DNA of 64,000 nucleotides from NCBI GenBank assembly GCA_963705915.1, contig OY970126.1, positions 623,893 through 687,892 on the forward strand, given 5' to 3'. The stretch is from an uncultured bacterium (lineage in GTDB: Bacteria > Patescibacteriota > Minisyncoccia > UBA6257 > 2-01-FULL-56-20). The notes under the pieces were generated by a model. It ran no database searches. It was given only the letters and a program-made list of their open reading frames with translations, and was not told where the DNA came from. Positions 9,353 through 18,984 of the stretch are shown here, one piece after another. The stretch's first letter is position 1; each line of letters starts with the position of its first letter. The translations under genes were made by a program, and so were the position numbers.

Positions 9353-9513
9353 GCATTTAGAATATCAAGCATCGGACATAATTACTAACGTGGTTCTTTT
9401 GCTTAAAAACGCTGATTTGAACGCTGATCTCGGCGAAAATTAGCTTGAGTAGCGGACTGCAATTTAAAATGCAAGACACTGCGAACGTCTAAAAGAACCT
9501 TTCATTGAAGAGG

Positions 9514-10287
9514 TCAATGCTTAGAAGCAATTTTTTTAATACCTCTACACTTGGGATAATTCTCACAGCCGAGAAAGAGGCCATAGGGCCCCTTGCGAGG
9601 AAACATCCTGCCACCACATTTATCGCACATCTCTTTTTCGGAGTCGGGTTTTATGATACCAGCTTCAATAAGTGGTTTTTTTGAAAGATCATCGGCTGCT
9701 TGGTTTTGTTCCCGCGGAACCCATTCAATTTCAAATTCCCGCGATTCTAAAAGCTTTAATGCTCGTTCTAGTTGCGCCGCCAAGTGAGGTGCGTCTTTGT
9801 GCGGCATCCAGATCGTTTTCTTTTTATCTTTCCATCCCCATTCCTTGGAAATCATCCTACACACTAAATCACTATCTCCGTGAATCTTAATGCTACCTTC
9901 AAGTTTTAAATCCTTAACTTGCTCTAATGCCTTAATTAATCCAGTATACTCGGCAAAATTATTAGTCATGTATTCGCCCTTGCCAATAAGTTGTGCGTCT
10001 TGGGCGATAACCACCCCGTCTTTTTTAATCAGCCAACCATAACTTGCGGTGCCATTGTTATTGGGTTCACAAGCGCCATCAAAATTAATTTCAATTGCAA
10101 ATTCTTTATTCTCTCTCTTTAAAAATCCTTTAAGCCATTCCTCTGCTTCTTCCTTGGTTTTACAGGCCTTATATCGTGGCCTGCTTTGTCGCTGCACTTT
10201 TGCCTGGCATTCTTCCCAGCTCGTCACAATCCCTTGTTCGTTAGTAGCAGGTAAATAGTAGCCGTAGAATTTTTGCTTCTTTCCCAT
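9514..10287 (-). CDS. rnhA: Ribonuclease H (RNase HI family) with an N-terminal hybrid-binding (caulimovirus VI-like) domain and a C-terminal topoisomerase-type C4 zinc ribbon
   Basis: N-terminal KFYGYYLPATNEQGIVTSWEECQAKV...EEAEEWL; RNase H core EINFDGACEPNNNGTASYGW...FAEYTGLIKAL...IHGDSDLV; C-terminal CDKCGGRM...GCENYPKCRGI. Confidence 0.65.
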   Translation of the reverse strand: MGKKQKFYGYYLPATNEQGIVTSWEECQAKVQRQSRPRYKACKTKEEAEEWLKGFLKRENKEFAIEINFDGACEPNNNGTASYGWLIKKDGVVIAQDAQLIGKGEYMTNNFAEYTGLIKALEQVKDLKLEGSIKIHGDSDLVCRMISKEWGWKDKKKTIWMPHKDAPHLAAQLERALKLLESREFEIEWVPREQNQAADDLSKKPLIEAGIIKPDSEKEMCDKCGGRMFPRKGPYGLFLGCENYPKCRGIKKIASKH

Positions 10288-10387
10288 ATAGCGTTGATTT
10301 TACGCCTACTTAAAGCTAAACTGAAGCCATAATTTAATATAAGATTGTTGGCCTAAACCAAGCATTTGCTTGGCATGGCATTACCTA

Positions 10388-10439
10388 AGTCCCATCGCTG
10401 ATACCAAACGCCACGTTTGGCCTGCTCAGCGATGGGCCA
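10388..10439. repeat. Nested palindrome: 11-bp inverted repeat CCCATCGCTGA/TCAGCGATGGG enclosing an inner hairpin CCAAACG-CCA-CGTTTGG
   Basis: Read directly from the sequence, between divergent genes; the AACGCCACG motif recurs inverted at about 10463. Confidence 0.6.
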
Positions 10440-10532
10440 CACTCGAAAGGGTGCGTAAAGCCAGCGTGGCGTTTTGTGTTTTACAGAAACCCCACATTGG
10501 CCAATTAAAGGCCGATTTTTATTTCTATCAAA

Positions 10533-10976
10533 ATGAAAAAGCAGTCTTCGTTCGGAATTATCGTAACTATTCTCGTGTTCTTAGTAATCGGTGCATTTTG
10601 GTGGAGTATCGGACAAGTGAACCCAAACGTGCAAGCCAACAACACTGCCTCGACCCCAATCGTTGTGACTGCTGCAAAGATTGAAAGCGATTATACGAAC
10701 AACGAGATTTCTGCTGACGACCAGTATAAAGGCCAGTATATTCAGGTATCGGGTTTCCTTAGCTCAATCAGTAAAGGTATCACCGGAAGCCCATATATCG
10801 TGATTGGAACAAATTCACAGGACGTAGGAAGCATTGAATGTTCTTTTAGCGATAGCGATGATGCCGCACTTGCGACCCTTAGCGCAGGGAATCCCATTAC
10901 AGTAGAGGGCATTGGAAACGGATATGTGATGATAAATGATTGTTCTATTGTGTCTGGATCTACGACAATGCAATAG
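10533..10976 (+). CDS. Membrane-anchored protein with an OB-fold (tRNA_anti-like) extracytoplasmic domain
   Basis: N-terminal TM helix followed by a pattern resembling tRNA_anti-like OB-fold proteins (...YKGQYIQVSGFLSSISKG...IVIG...). Confidence 0.45.
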   Translation: MKKQSSFGIIVTILVFLVIGAFWWSIGQVNPNVQANNTASTPIVVTAAKIESDYTNNEISADDQYKGQYIQVSGFLSSISKGITGSPYIVIGTNSQDVGSIECSFSDSDDAALATLSAGNPITVEGIGNGYVMINDCSIVSGSTTMQ

Positions 10977-11675
10977 CTATTTGTTCCAGAAAGTTTCAGG
11001 GTGTATCGCTCGTTTTGAGCAACAATTAGCTCAATCCGTGACCCTGAATTTTTTGGGATTTTAGCTAGTGCTTCAGTTAGAAGATTTATAGGCACAATTA
11101 CTCTTTTTGAGCTGCATTTCCTCAATGAAACTTTTAGAACATTTAGGTCATTTGCAGCTATGTTGAAATTATGCTATAATCGAAGAACCATTAGATACTC
11201 CAGTTCGTCTTGTGTCGGTGGTTCTACAATTGAATAGGCTCCAGATTCTCTGCGGGTGCTCTGTCTTATAGTTTGACAACATCCACCGCATTAACGCGGC
11301 TCTATCGTTGATTTCGTGAAGCCAACCCTAAATTCCTTGGTGAAGTTTTGTCCAGGCATGTTGAACTAGCAGGGCAAGGTCTATAAATAGATAGGGGTTG
11401 GCCGCCGGTAAAAGAGGTTATTAAAATCCATTCGGCAACACAGTAAAAACCTGGTTCTGTCCTATTCATCCATAGCTTTTTTATAATTTCCGCTCGTCGG
11501 ATAGTAAAAACGTATGCCTAATAAAGTGAAAGTGTTTAATTAAGCTGCTATTAAACATAACTTGTTGGCTTTGTTACTAGCGTAGATATATATAAATCCC
11601 GCACGCGCATTTAAGCTTTTTGCAAAAAGTAATTTTTTTGAAAAAACTTTTCTGCGTTTTTTTCTATTCCCAAAA

Positions 11676-12371
11676 TTGCCCATTTTCTCTAGAATGGGTA
11701 TTATGGCTGGAAAAATATCACAGCATACCAGAGGTTTCTGGTTGAAGAAGTTTAAAGAACAAACTGACGAACTAAAGACAAAACTTAAGGCAGACCCTTT
11801 TGAAAGGGCACACTGCCAAGAGATGGCTCTGGCATTTATGTTCCTCTACTTGTTTGTAGAGGCCAGTGTAGATGAGCTGGTCTGGAGAATTTTGCCTCAG
11901 GCGACAATTATTCAATCTGGGGGAACCACACTTACCGAATATGGAAAGTACAAAGAAAAAAAGCTTTCACTAAAAGGTAAACTCGAATTCTTCTTTTCAT
12001 TATTTCCCAAAACAGTTACGTTTAAGGAATTTTTTGACCTAAAGCAAAAATTGGATTCGCTAGTAAAGATTCGTAATAAAGGCTTTCACTTGGAAGAAAT
12101 GTCTTGGAAGACACCGGACGACTTAGAGCATTACGATTCAAAGAAGGAGATTCCGATCAAGTTTGCCAAGGATCTTACAGTTAAGAATTTAAAAGCGCAG
12201 GTTGATGTGACGAGAGAATTTATTGACGAGCTAAAAGAACTTACAAATAAAGGCTTTGATAATTTAGAAATAGATGTTTTGTTTGATGGTGTGAATAAAA
12301 AAATGAAGTTTGCAGATTGGCATTTCGAACAGTTCGAAAAGAACTGGGCTGAATTTATACCAGAACCTTAG
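11676..12371 (+). CDS. Hypothetical protein (island cargo)
   Basis: 231-aa ORF in an AT-rich region; no recognisable motif. Confidence 0.45.
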   Translation: MPIFSRMGIMAGKISQHTRGFWLKKFKEQTDELKTKLKADPFERAHCQEMALAFMFLYLFVEASVDELVWRILPQATIIQSGGTTLTEYGKYKEKKLSLKGKLEFFFSLFPKTVTFKEFFDLKQKLDSLVKIRNKGFHLEEMSWKTPDDLEHYDSKKEIPIKFAKDLTVKNLKAQVDVTREFIDELKELTNKGFDNLEIDVLFDGVNKKMKFADWHFEQFEKNWAEFIPEP

Positions 12372-12495
12372 ACTCATAGTTCCGTTGGTGTTCTATTTAG
12401 GATGAGGTGATAATATAGGGGTACTAATATAAAAGGGCGACGGTTTTAATCAATCTTATGTTTACCGATAACACAATCAATCTTATGGATACCCG

Positions 12496-12657
12496 ATGCT
12501 TTCGGAGCAGGCCTTACAGCGTTTTAAAGAACTCTATCGCAGGCGATTCAATGTGGAACTTAGCGACCAGCAAGTAGCAGAGATAGCCACAAATTTTCTA
12601 GCACTTTTTCAGTTAGTTTATAAAGCGAAAAGTGCGGTTGCTAAAAACGATTCTTAA
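12496..12657 (+). CDS. Small helical protein (53 aa) immediately upstream of the serine recombinase; candidate excision/directionality factor or regulator
   Basis: Hand-translated ORF MLSEQALQRFKELYRRRFNVELSDQQVAEIATNFLALFQLVYKAKSAVAKNDS; absent from the track because it is under 60 aa. Confidence 0.3.
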   Translation: MLSEQALQRFKELYRRRFNVELSDQQVAEIATNFLALFQLVYKAKSAVAKNDS

Positions 12658-12706
12658 CGAACCGGGACTTTTTTATAGGACGGTGTGATAGTAAAACTTA
12701 TTAGCT

Positions 12707-14335
12707 ATGTCAGATATTCCGAAAATAAAGTATTTTCTCTATGCTCGTAAATCTAGCGAGGACGATAGACAGCTCCTATCTATTCCCGCACAAATAGATG
12801 AGCTCAAAGTTCTTGCTGCTCGCGAAGAACTTGAAATTATAGAGATTATTCAAGAGGAGAAATCAGCAAAGGCCCCCGGGCGAGAGCACTTCAACAACAT
12901 GCTTGCGCGAATTCACGCAGGCGAAGCGCAAGGTATCATCGTTTGGAAATTAGACCGTTTAGCCCGTAATCCGATAGATGGCGGCAATATCATGTGGATG
13001 ATGCAAAATAGCGTTATCAAGCACATACGCACATTTGATCGTAGCTGTCTGCCTACGGACAATGTGCTAATGATGGCTTTTGAGTTTGGTATGGCCAATC
13101 AATTCATTAAGGAGTTAAGCGCAGGCACAAGGCGCGGCATGGATAAAAAAGCGCGAATGGGTTGGCTGCCTGGGTTAGTAACGCTTGGCTATTACAACAA
13201 TAAGTACGCAGATAAAGGAGCCAAGGATATTCGCCCCGACCCGGAACAGTTTCCAATTGTTCGTAAGTTATGGGATATGCTCATCTATGAACGCTTTTCA
13301 GTTCAAAGGATATACGAGATTGCTGTAGATGAATTGGGTTTGCGAAAACGCAATGGGCGCAAGCCAAGTAGAAGCAAAATTTATGAGATATTTAAAAACC
13401 CGTTCTATTATGGATATTTCCTTTACAAAGGAGAGCTATATAAGGGCAGTCATGAGCCAATGATAACGAAAGAAGAATTTGATACGGCGCAGGCAATAAT
13501 TGAAGGCAGGAGTGTCCCCAAGCCTCGCATTCATAGTTTTTTCTTTACAGGAACAACGCGATGCGGCGAATGTGGTTCAGCTATTGTTTCAGACCCTAAG
13601 ATCAAACGCCAAAAGAACGGAAACGTTCACGAATATATCTATGCTCGCTGCACCAAGCGCAACAATCCACAATGTAGTCAACGACATACTGCTCAAAAGA
13701 TATTTGAAGAACAAGCAATAGAAATACTTAGTAGCATAGAGATACCGGAGGAATTTCATAACTGGGCTGTAAGCGTATTACGTGAATCAACAGCGGATGA
13801 AGCGGCCAGCAGAGATGCTATCCTTTCGGCGCATCGTAAAAACTATGATGCGTGCGCGCGAAAATTAGATACGTTGATTGATATGCGAGCAAGCAACGAA
13901 ATTAACGAAGATGAGTTTGCAACAAAGAAGGTCGAAGTTACTGCAGAAAAAGATAGAGCAATGGAACTTATGAATGAAGCAGATAATCGCGTGGAGCACT
14001 GGCTAGAATATGCAGAACAGGCACTCACATTCGCGCAAACAGCAAAAGACCGCTTCGAGAATGGCAATAATGATGTACGGCGGGCGATACTCCTTACGCT
14101 TGGTGCGAACCTCACACTAAAAGACAACAAACTAAGTATTTCTTTAGCAAAACCCCTTGTCGTACTTCAAAACGCTGCAAAAGCAATAAGAGAAATACAC
14201 GATGCGTGCGAACCTCAAAAAGCCCAATTAAAAGCTAGTGAGATTGCAAAAGTCTATTCAGAAAATCCCGTATTGGGTGCCTCACGGGAATCGGACCCGT
14301 ATTGCCGCTGCCACAGAGCGGAGCTTTACCATTAA
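12707..14335 (+). CDS. Large serine recombinase (resolvase/invertase N-domain, recombinase domain, zinc ribbon); site-specific integrase
   Basis: N-terminal YARKSSEDDRQLLSIPAQ catalytic region, long recombinase domain and cysteine cluster CGECGS...C..C. Confidence 0.85.
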   Translation: MSDIPKIKYFLYARKSSEDDRQLLSIPAQIDELKVLAAREELEIIEIIQEEKSAKAPGREHFNNMLARIHAGEAQGIIVWKLDRLARNPIDGGNIMWMMQNSVIKHIRTFDRSCLPTDNVLMMAFEFGMANQFIKELSAGTRRGMDKKARMGWLPGLVTLGYYNNKYADKGAKDIRPDPEQFPIVRKLWDMLIYERFSVQRIYEIAVDELGLRKRNGRKPSRSKIYEIFKNPFYYGYFLYKGELYKGSHEPMITKEEFDTAQAIIEGRSVPKPRIHSFFFTGTTRCGECGSAIVSDPKIKRQKNGNVHEYIYARCTKRNNPQCSQRHTAQKIFEEQAIEILSSIEIPEEFHNWAVSVLRESTADEAASRDAILSAHRKNYDACARKLDTLIDMRASNEINEDEFATKKVEVTAEKDRAMELMNEADNRVEHWLEYAEQALTFAQTAKDRFENGNNDVRRAILLTLGANLTLKDNKLSISLAKPLVVLQNAAKAIREIHDACEPQKAQLKASEIAKVYSENPVLGASRESDPYCRCHRAELYH

Positions 14336-14471
14336 GCTAGAGGCACCATATCTCGCAGCTGCGAATCGTCTTTAATCTATACTCATTTGAATATTTTTTC
14401 AACCGCAGCGCATAATCTCGAGCGCAACACCATTTGACCATCCTTCGTATTCTTTATAAAATAATTAAACT

Positions 14472-16301
14472 ATGTCCAACCTCACCAAAAACATCATCTG
14501 GGCGGTCGTCACGCTTATCGTGCTCTCGCTGATTTTTTCTTTTTTCTTAAGCCCCGGAACGCAGCCGACGACCATTAGCCTGAATACGCTCGCGCAAAAA
14601 GTGAACGCAGGGCAGGTAAAGGAGATCATTGTGAACGGCGACCAGTTGAACATCACGTATACCGATGGCACTATGGCGCAATCGCAAAAAGAAGATGAGC
14701 TCGGGATCACGCAGACGCTCGTAAACTATGGCGTCACCACCTCAAGCTTGCAGGCAGTTGAACTCGAGATCCAAAATCAATCCGGATTTGATTTCTGGGC
14801 GGGCATCATTTTGCCGCCACTGCTTTCAATCATCATAATCGGACTTTTCTTTTGGTTCATGTTCCGCCAAGCACGAAGCGGCGTGAACCAAGCGTTTAGT
14901 TTCGGCCGATCGAATCTCCGCCTTTCAACGTTCAAAGACAAAGTGATGTTCCGTGACGTCGCGGGCCTCAAAGAAGCAAAGGATGAGCTTATTGAAGTCG
15001 TCGACTTCTTAAAAAATCCTAAAAAGTTTCTTGACTTGGGCGCGCGCATTCCACGCGGCATTCTTCTCATGGGCCCTCCGGGTACCGGTAAAACCCTCGT
15101 TGCCCGCGCGGTCGCCGGCGAAAGCAACGTCCCCTTCTTCTATATCTCTGCATCAGAATTCGTTGAGATGTTCGTTGGCGTCGGCGCTTCCCGAACCCGC
15201 GACGCCTTCATGACGGCCAAGCGTGCCGCTCCAGCCATCCTCTTTATTGATGAAATCGATGCCGTTGGCCGTCAGCGAGGAGCCGGTTTAGGCGGTGGAA
15301 ACGATGAACGGGAGCAAACGCTCAACCAAATCCTCGTTGAAATGGACGGCTTTGACCGCGACACCCGCGTGATCGTGCTTGCGGCTACAAACCGCCCGGA
15401 CATTCTCGATCCTGCGCTTCTCCGCCCGGGTCGTTTCGATCGCCGCGTGATCCTCGACCTCCCGGATTTGAATGACCGCGAAGCAATCCTCAGGATTCAC
15501 GCGGAGGGAAAGATGATTGATAAGAATGTCGACCTTCGCAAAGTCGCTGTACGAACGCCAGGCTTCTCAGGTGCCGATCTTGCCAACCTCATGAATGAAT
15601 CAGCCATCATCGCCGCCCGACGCGGCAAGAAGATCATCGGTCAAGAAGAACTCTTCGAAGCCGCGGAAAAGGTGATACTCGGACCGGAGCGGCGGAGCCG
15701 CGTGATCTCGGATCGCGAAAAGAAGATCACGGCGTTTCACGAAGGCGGCCATGCGCTCGTCGCCGCCAGCGTGGAAGACGCCGACCCGGTACAAAAAGTT
15801 TCGATTATCAGCCGCGGTTTTGCGGGCGGCTACACCATGAAACTTCCAACGGAGGATCAGCATTTAAAGACACGTCAACAATTCCTCGCCGACCTCGCCA
15901 TGATGATGGGCGGCTACGCTTCGGAAAAATTGACCTTCGGCGACGTCTCAACCGGCGCCTCGAATGATTTGAAGCAAGCCTCGGACCTTGCGCGCAGGAT
16001 GGTCACCAAATATGGCATGAGCAACCTTGGTCCGATGACGTTCGGGAAAACCGAAGATATGATTTTCCTCGGCCGCGAAATTTCTTCCGAAAAAGACTAC
16101 TCAGACGAAGTTGCGGCGAAAATCGATGCGGAAGTGCACGGATTCATTTCTCATTCGTATGACATCGCCGAAAAAATCTTGAAGGCGCACAAAGCCGCCC
16201 TCAAGAAAATCGCCGACACGCTCATCCAGAAGGAAACCCTCGAACAGGAAGAGTTCTACGCACTTTTAAAACCCTACAAGCTGAAACCGATACGGGCCTA
16301 G
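14472..16301 (+). CDS. ftsH: ATP-dependent zinc metalloprotease FtsH
   Basis: N-terminal TM region, AAA+ Walker [18 protein letters not shown], second region of homology, zinc site HEGGHAL. Confidence 0.95.
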   Translation: MSNLTKNIIWAVVTLIVLSLIFSFFLSPGTQPTTISLNTLAQKVNAGQVKEIIVNGDQLNITYTDGTMAQSQKEDELGITQTLVNYGVTTSSLQAVELEIQNQSGFDFWAGIILPPLLSIIIIGLFFWFMFRQARSGVNQAFSFGRSNLRLSTFKDKVMFRDVAGLKEAKDELIEVVDFLKNPKKFLDLGARIPRGILLMGPPGTGKTLVARAVAGESNVPFFYISASEFVEMFVGVGASRTRDAFMTAKRAAPAILFIDEIDAVGRQRGAGLGGGNDEREQTLNQILVEMDGFDRDTRVIVLAATNRPDILDPALLRPGRFDRRVILDLPDLNDREAILRIHAEGKMIDKNVDLRKVAVRTPGFSGADLANLMNESAIIAARRGKKIIGQEELFEAAEKVILGPERRSRVISDREKKITAFHEGGHALVAASVEDADPVQKVSIISRGFAGGYTMKLPTEDQHLKTRQQFLADLAMMMGGYASEKLTFGDVSTGASNDLKQASDLARRMVTKYGMSNLGPMTFGKTEDMIFLGREISSEKDYSDEVAAKIDAEVHGFISHSYDIAEKILKAHKAALKKIADTLIQKETLEQEEFYALLKPYKLKPIRA

Positions 16302-16407
16302 GCGGGCGTAGGCTCCAAATTCCCGTGTTCTCCGGCGCGACCGGAACGCATCGAAAAGAGTATAATTAAATAAAAGGTCGAAGTATGGTTTTTCTGAAAT
16401 TTCCCCT

Positions 16408-16635
16408 ATGAAAGCACTTCACATTATCGCCTTTATTCTCGTGATTGTTGGGGGTTTGAACTGGCTTCTCTTCGCATTCGGCTGGAATCTCGTAAGCGTG
16501 ATTTTTGGAGCCGGCTCGACCCTTTCGATGATCATTTATATCCTCATCGGCCTCTCAGCGGTCTTTGAGGCATTGACGCATGGCAGCCGCTGCCGCACGT
16601 GCAGTTCGGGTGCCGGCATGCCGATGAACAAATAG
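16408..16635 (+). CDS. DUF378-family small membrane protein
   Basis: MKALHIIAFILVIVGGLNWLLFAFGWNLVSVIFG...IIYILIGLSAV matches the DUF378 two-helix pattern. Confidence 0.6.
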   Translation: MKALHIIAFILVIVGGLNWLLFAFGWNLVSVIFGAGSTLSMIIYILIGLSAVFEALTHGSRCRTCSSGAGMPMNK

Positions 16636-16664
16636 TTCTATTTTGTTCCTTCGGATACAAGAAA

Positions 16665-16690
16665 GGCCCAGCGATGGGTCTTTTTTGTTT
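16665..16690 (+). terminator. Rho-independent terminator (GGCCCA-GCGA-TGGGTC followed by TTTTTTGTTTG)
   Basis: Hairpin plus T-run directly after the DUF378 gene. Confidence 0.6.
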
Positions 16691-16703
16691 GTATGACATC
16701 CTG

Positions 16704-16775
16704 TGGGCGCGGTAGGATTCGAACCTACAACCGATCGTGTATAAGACGATTGCTCTGCCGTTGAGCTACGCGCCC
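16704..16775 (-). tRNA. tRNA, anticodon UAU by inspection (tRNA-Ile2-like)
   Basis: Reverse complement folds as acceptor GGGCGCG/CGCGCCC, D-arm GCTC-AACGGCA-GAGC, anticodon stem ATCGT/ACGAT with loop CTTATAC, T-arm GTAGG-TTCGAAT-CCTAC, discriminator A. Confidence 0.75.
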
Positions 16776-16777
16776 AA

Positions 16778-17386
16778 CTAGTCCTTTACTATCGTATCAA
16801 ATTGACTCATCGCCGTGCTCGCTTGGGCGTTGAAGTTGTTGATCGCATTCACGTCGGTGTTGATCTGGTTTACTAGGCCTTGCACGGTTGCGTTCGACTC
16901 CGGCGTTCCCGAGAATCGGTTCTGTAAAACGGCGAGGAGTTTGTCTAAGTCGCTGCTATAGGTGATGAGTTGATTGATGAGGGCAAGTCGGCTCGAAATC
17001 GATTCAAGGGCTGCTTGTTGTGCTTCGAATGAATTGATCCCGGAAAGCGACTGCGTCATGGTGCCGACTTGATTTGAGAGATCGACGGCCTGATTGCGCA
17101 ACTGTTCGCTCTGATTCACTAAATTGGTCGTGAGCGTGAGCGCATCACTGTAGTCCCCCTGCTGATCGTCTTTATTCACTTGCGCGAGTTCGGCAGTCGA
17201 AGAGTTCGAGATATCGACGATATTCTGCGCGATGAGCGCGCCCTGCAAGCGGGCATTCGTAAACGCGATGGGTACCTGATTGCGGCTGCCCCAGTAGACG
17301 GCGATCCCGTATCCGGCAACCACAAGGATAACAAACACCACAATAATCTTGGTGCGACGCGAAATCTTGGCCATTTGAATTATCAT
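16778..17386 (-). CDS. Membrane-anchored N/Q/S-rich coiled-coil protein (hypothetical)
   Basis: Start set at MIIQMAKISRRTK; the longer ORF would overlap the tRNA at 17467. One TM helix, then low-complexity helical sequence. Confidence 0.5.
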   Translation of the reverse strand: MIIQMAKISRRTKIIVVFVILVVAGYGIAVYWGSRNQVPIAFTNARLQGALIAQNIVDISNSSTAELAQVNKDDQQGDYSDALTLTTNLVNQSEQLRNQAVDLSNQVGTMTQSLSGINSFEAQQAALESISSRLALINQLITYSSDLDKLLAVLQNRFSGTPESNATVQGLVNQINTDVNAINNFNAQASTAMSQFDTIVKD

Positions 17387-17466
17387 AGTTTTAGCAAAAT
17401 CGGGCGCAAAAAGCAACTTGACATCGCTTGAGTGCCGAACGTAAAGCATATACAATAGAAACCATC

Positions 17467-17537
17467 GCGGGTATCGTATAACGGCATTACCACAGGTTTC
17501 CAACCTGTTGACAGGGGTCCGACTCCCCTTACCCGCT
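17467..17537 (+). tRNA. tRNA-Gly (anticodon UCC), atypical T-loop (TCCGACT, C at position 55)
   Basis: Perfect 7-bp acceptor GCGGGTA/TACCCGC, anticodon stem ACAGG/CCTGT with loop TTTCCAA, T-stem AGGGG/CCCCT; D-stem has one mismatch. Confidence 0.55.
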
Positions 17538-17718
17538 CATAAAATGAGTCCTATAAAAGTGGGCCTTCCCGAAGGAGGGGTAAGTGAAAATAGAGCCGTT
17601 AGTTGGAAAATTTAAATAAATAGAGATAGAATATCGAGACGCGGACCTATTATACAAGGCAATAAGCATTTGTGACGCTTTTCCTTGTTGCGGCTCCCGT
17701 CCTCAAGGAGGGACTAAC

Positions 17719-18057
17719 ATGTTTCTCTCTCGCCTTGGCCAGGACCTCGGCTCCGTATTTTGGGAGGATATTCTGCGTCACTTTGATATTCCTTTCAAGC
17801 GCCGGAGTAGCGGGGTCCTCGTAATTCTTTGCCAAGTTCATAGTGAAAAAACTCCTTCACTGCATTGCTGGCCCGACCGAAAACGTTTTTGGTGCTTCGG
17901 ATGTGGCTGGGGAGGAGACATGTTCGAGTTCGTGTATCGGAAAATGTTCGACACACGGTGCCATCCCAAAGCTCGTGATGCGAATACGCTCCAAGAACTC
18001 GAATCTGTCGAACTATTTTTTGAGCGCATAGCTCGAAAACAAACCCCCGCTCGCTGA
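17719..18057 (+). CDS. Standalone CHC2 zinc-finger protein (DnaG primase N-terminal zinc-binding domain only)
   Basis: ...CQVHSEKTPSLHCWPDRKRFWCFGCGWGGDMFEFV... matches the primase CHC2 zinc-finger pattern; RBS AAGGAGGG precedes the ATG. Confidence 0.6.
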   Translation: MFLSRLGQDLGSVFWEDILRHFDIPFKRRSSGVLVILCQVHSEKTPSLHCWPDRKRFWCFGCGWGGDMFEFVYRKMFDTRCHPKARDANTLQELESVELFFERIARKQTPAR

Positions 18058-18071
18058 GTGGGGTTCTTTTT
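18043..18071 (+). terminator. Rho-independent terminator (ACCCC...GGGGT followed by TCTTTTT)
   Basis: Hairpin spanning the stop codon of the CHC2 gene, then a T-run. Confidence 0.5.
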
Positions 18072-18221
18072 AAAAAAAGGTTCTCATATCATCTACTTAC
18101 CCGCTCCGAAATCAAGGGCTATGCGGTGGAGAGATTGTTGAGAAAAAGATATGCACGGCTAGAATTGAATCACTTTAAATAAAAGCGGCGTTGATGTGAT
18201 CGCGACCGCTTGACACGCTTT

Positions 18222-18398
18222 TCAGCATGCTGGAAATTTTTGGTTAAGCCATGTCATTCGCCGCTCATAGTTCTTTCCGGCGGCAATCGCACCGGTAATG
18301 CAGTCCGGATAAAGACAGAACATAGCGTTCAGCCTTGCTAGAACCTGGATAATTTCGATTCCAGCTCTCAAGGGGAACCGAATAACTCGTCTTTTCAT
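18222..18398 (-). CDS. Small hypothetical protein (58 aa) with a strong RBS
   Basis: Hand-translated MKRRVIRFPLRAGIEIIQVLARLNAMFCLYPDCITGAIAAGKNYERRMTWLNQKFPAC; GGAGGA lies 6 nt upstream of the ATG. Confidence 0.3.
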   Translation of the reverse strand: MKRRVIRFPLRAGIEIIQVLARLNAMFCLYPDCITGAIAAGKNYERRMTWLNQKFPAC

Positions 18399-18491
18399 AA
18401 TCCTCCTCGAACAACTGCCCCCATTCTACGCATTGACGGAATAATTGTCAAAGGATATAATCTTCAACAGATTTTACCAAGGAGAAAGAGT

Positions 18492-18842
18492 ATGCGAGAG
18501 GGATTACTTGTTTACTTCATGAAGTCAACCATCTCCCTTGACCAAAAAATGCGGACGGCGCTCCAAGAAGCCGCCGTTAAAGCAGCACTCGAAGGCGTGG
18601 ATAAGCTCTCTTTGAAAACGGCCTCTATTGAAGGCGTGGTTCGCAAAGAAAAGGAGTATCTTGCCTTCATGGGCGATGGCGGACCGCTTTTTTCGGCTGA
18701 GATCGAAACCGATCGCGGCAGAGGACGGGCGAGTTTTATCCTCACTGATCGCTATCTAAGAGATCGGGCAAGCGGCGTCAATCGAGAAACTTTTAGCTTT
18801 GAGCTGAACGAGGATCGGGCTGCGAAAGCATCCTGGAATTAA
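18492..18842 (+). CDS. Hypothetical protein
   Basis: 116-aa ORF (an alternative start at MKSTISL is possible); no recognisable motif. Confidence 0.4.
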   Translation: MREGLLVYFMKSTISLDQKMRTALQEAAVKAALEGVDKLSLKTASIEGVVRKEKEYLAFMGDGGPLFSAEIETDRGRGRASFILTDRYLRDRASGVNRETFSFELNEDRAAKASWN

Positions 18843-18984
18843 CCGCTCCACTCAACAACATCCGGCACCCAAGGTGCCGGCTTTTTATAAAACAGGCCCC
18901 CAAACCATCTACTATCCCACTCACCAAAAAAAGAAAAAGCCGACCCATGAAGAGTCGGCTATACCACGGCAAAAGCGTGGAACA

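Larger units (their letters stand above)
8234..14400. mobile_element. Putative integrated genomic island (low GC) carrying a large serine recombinase at its right end, next to ftsH
   Basis: GC visibly drops relative to flanking housekeeping genes; cargo is hypothetical, membrane and RNase H-fusion proteins plus a serine integrase. Boundaries are approximate. Confidence 0.5.
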
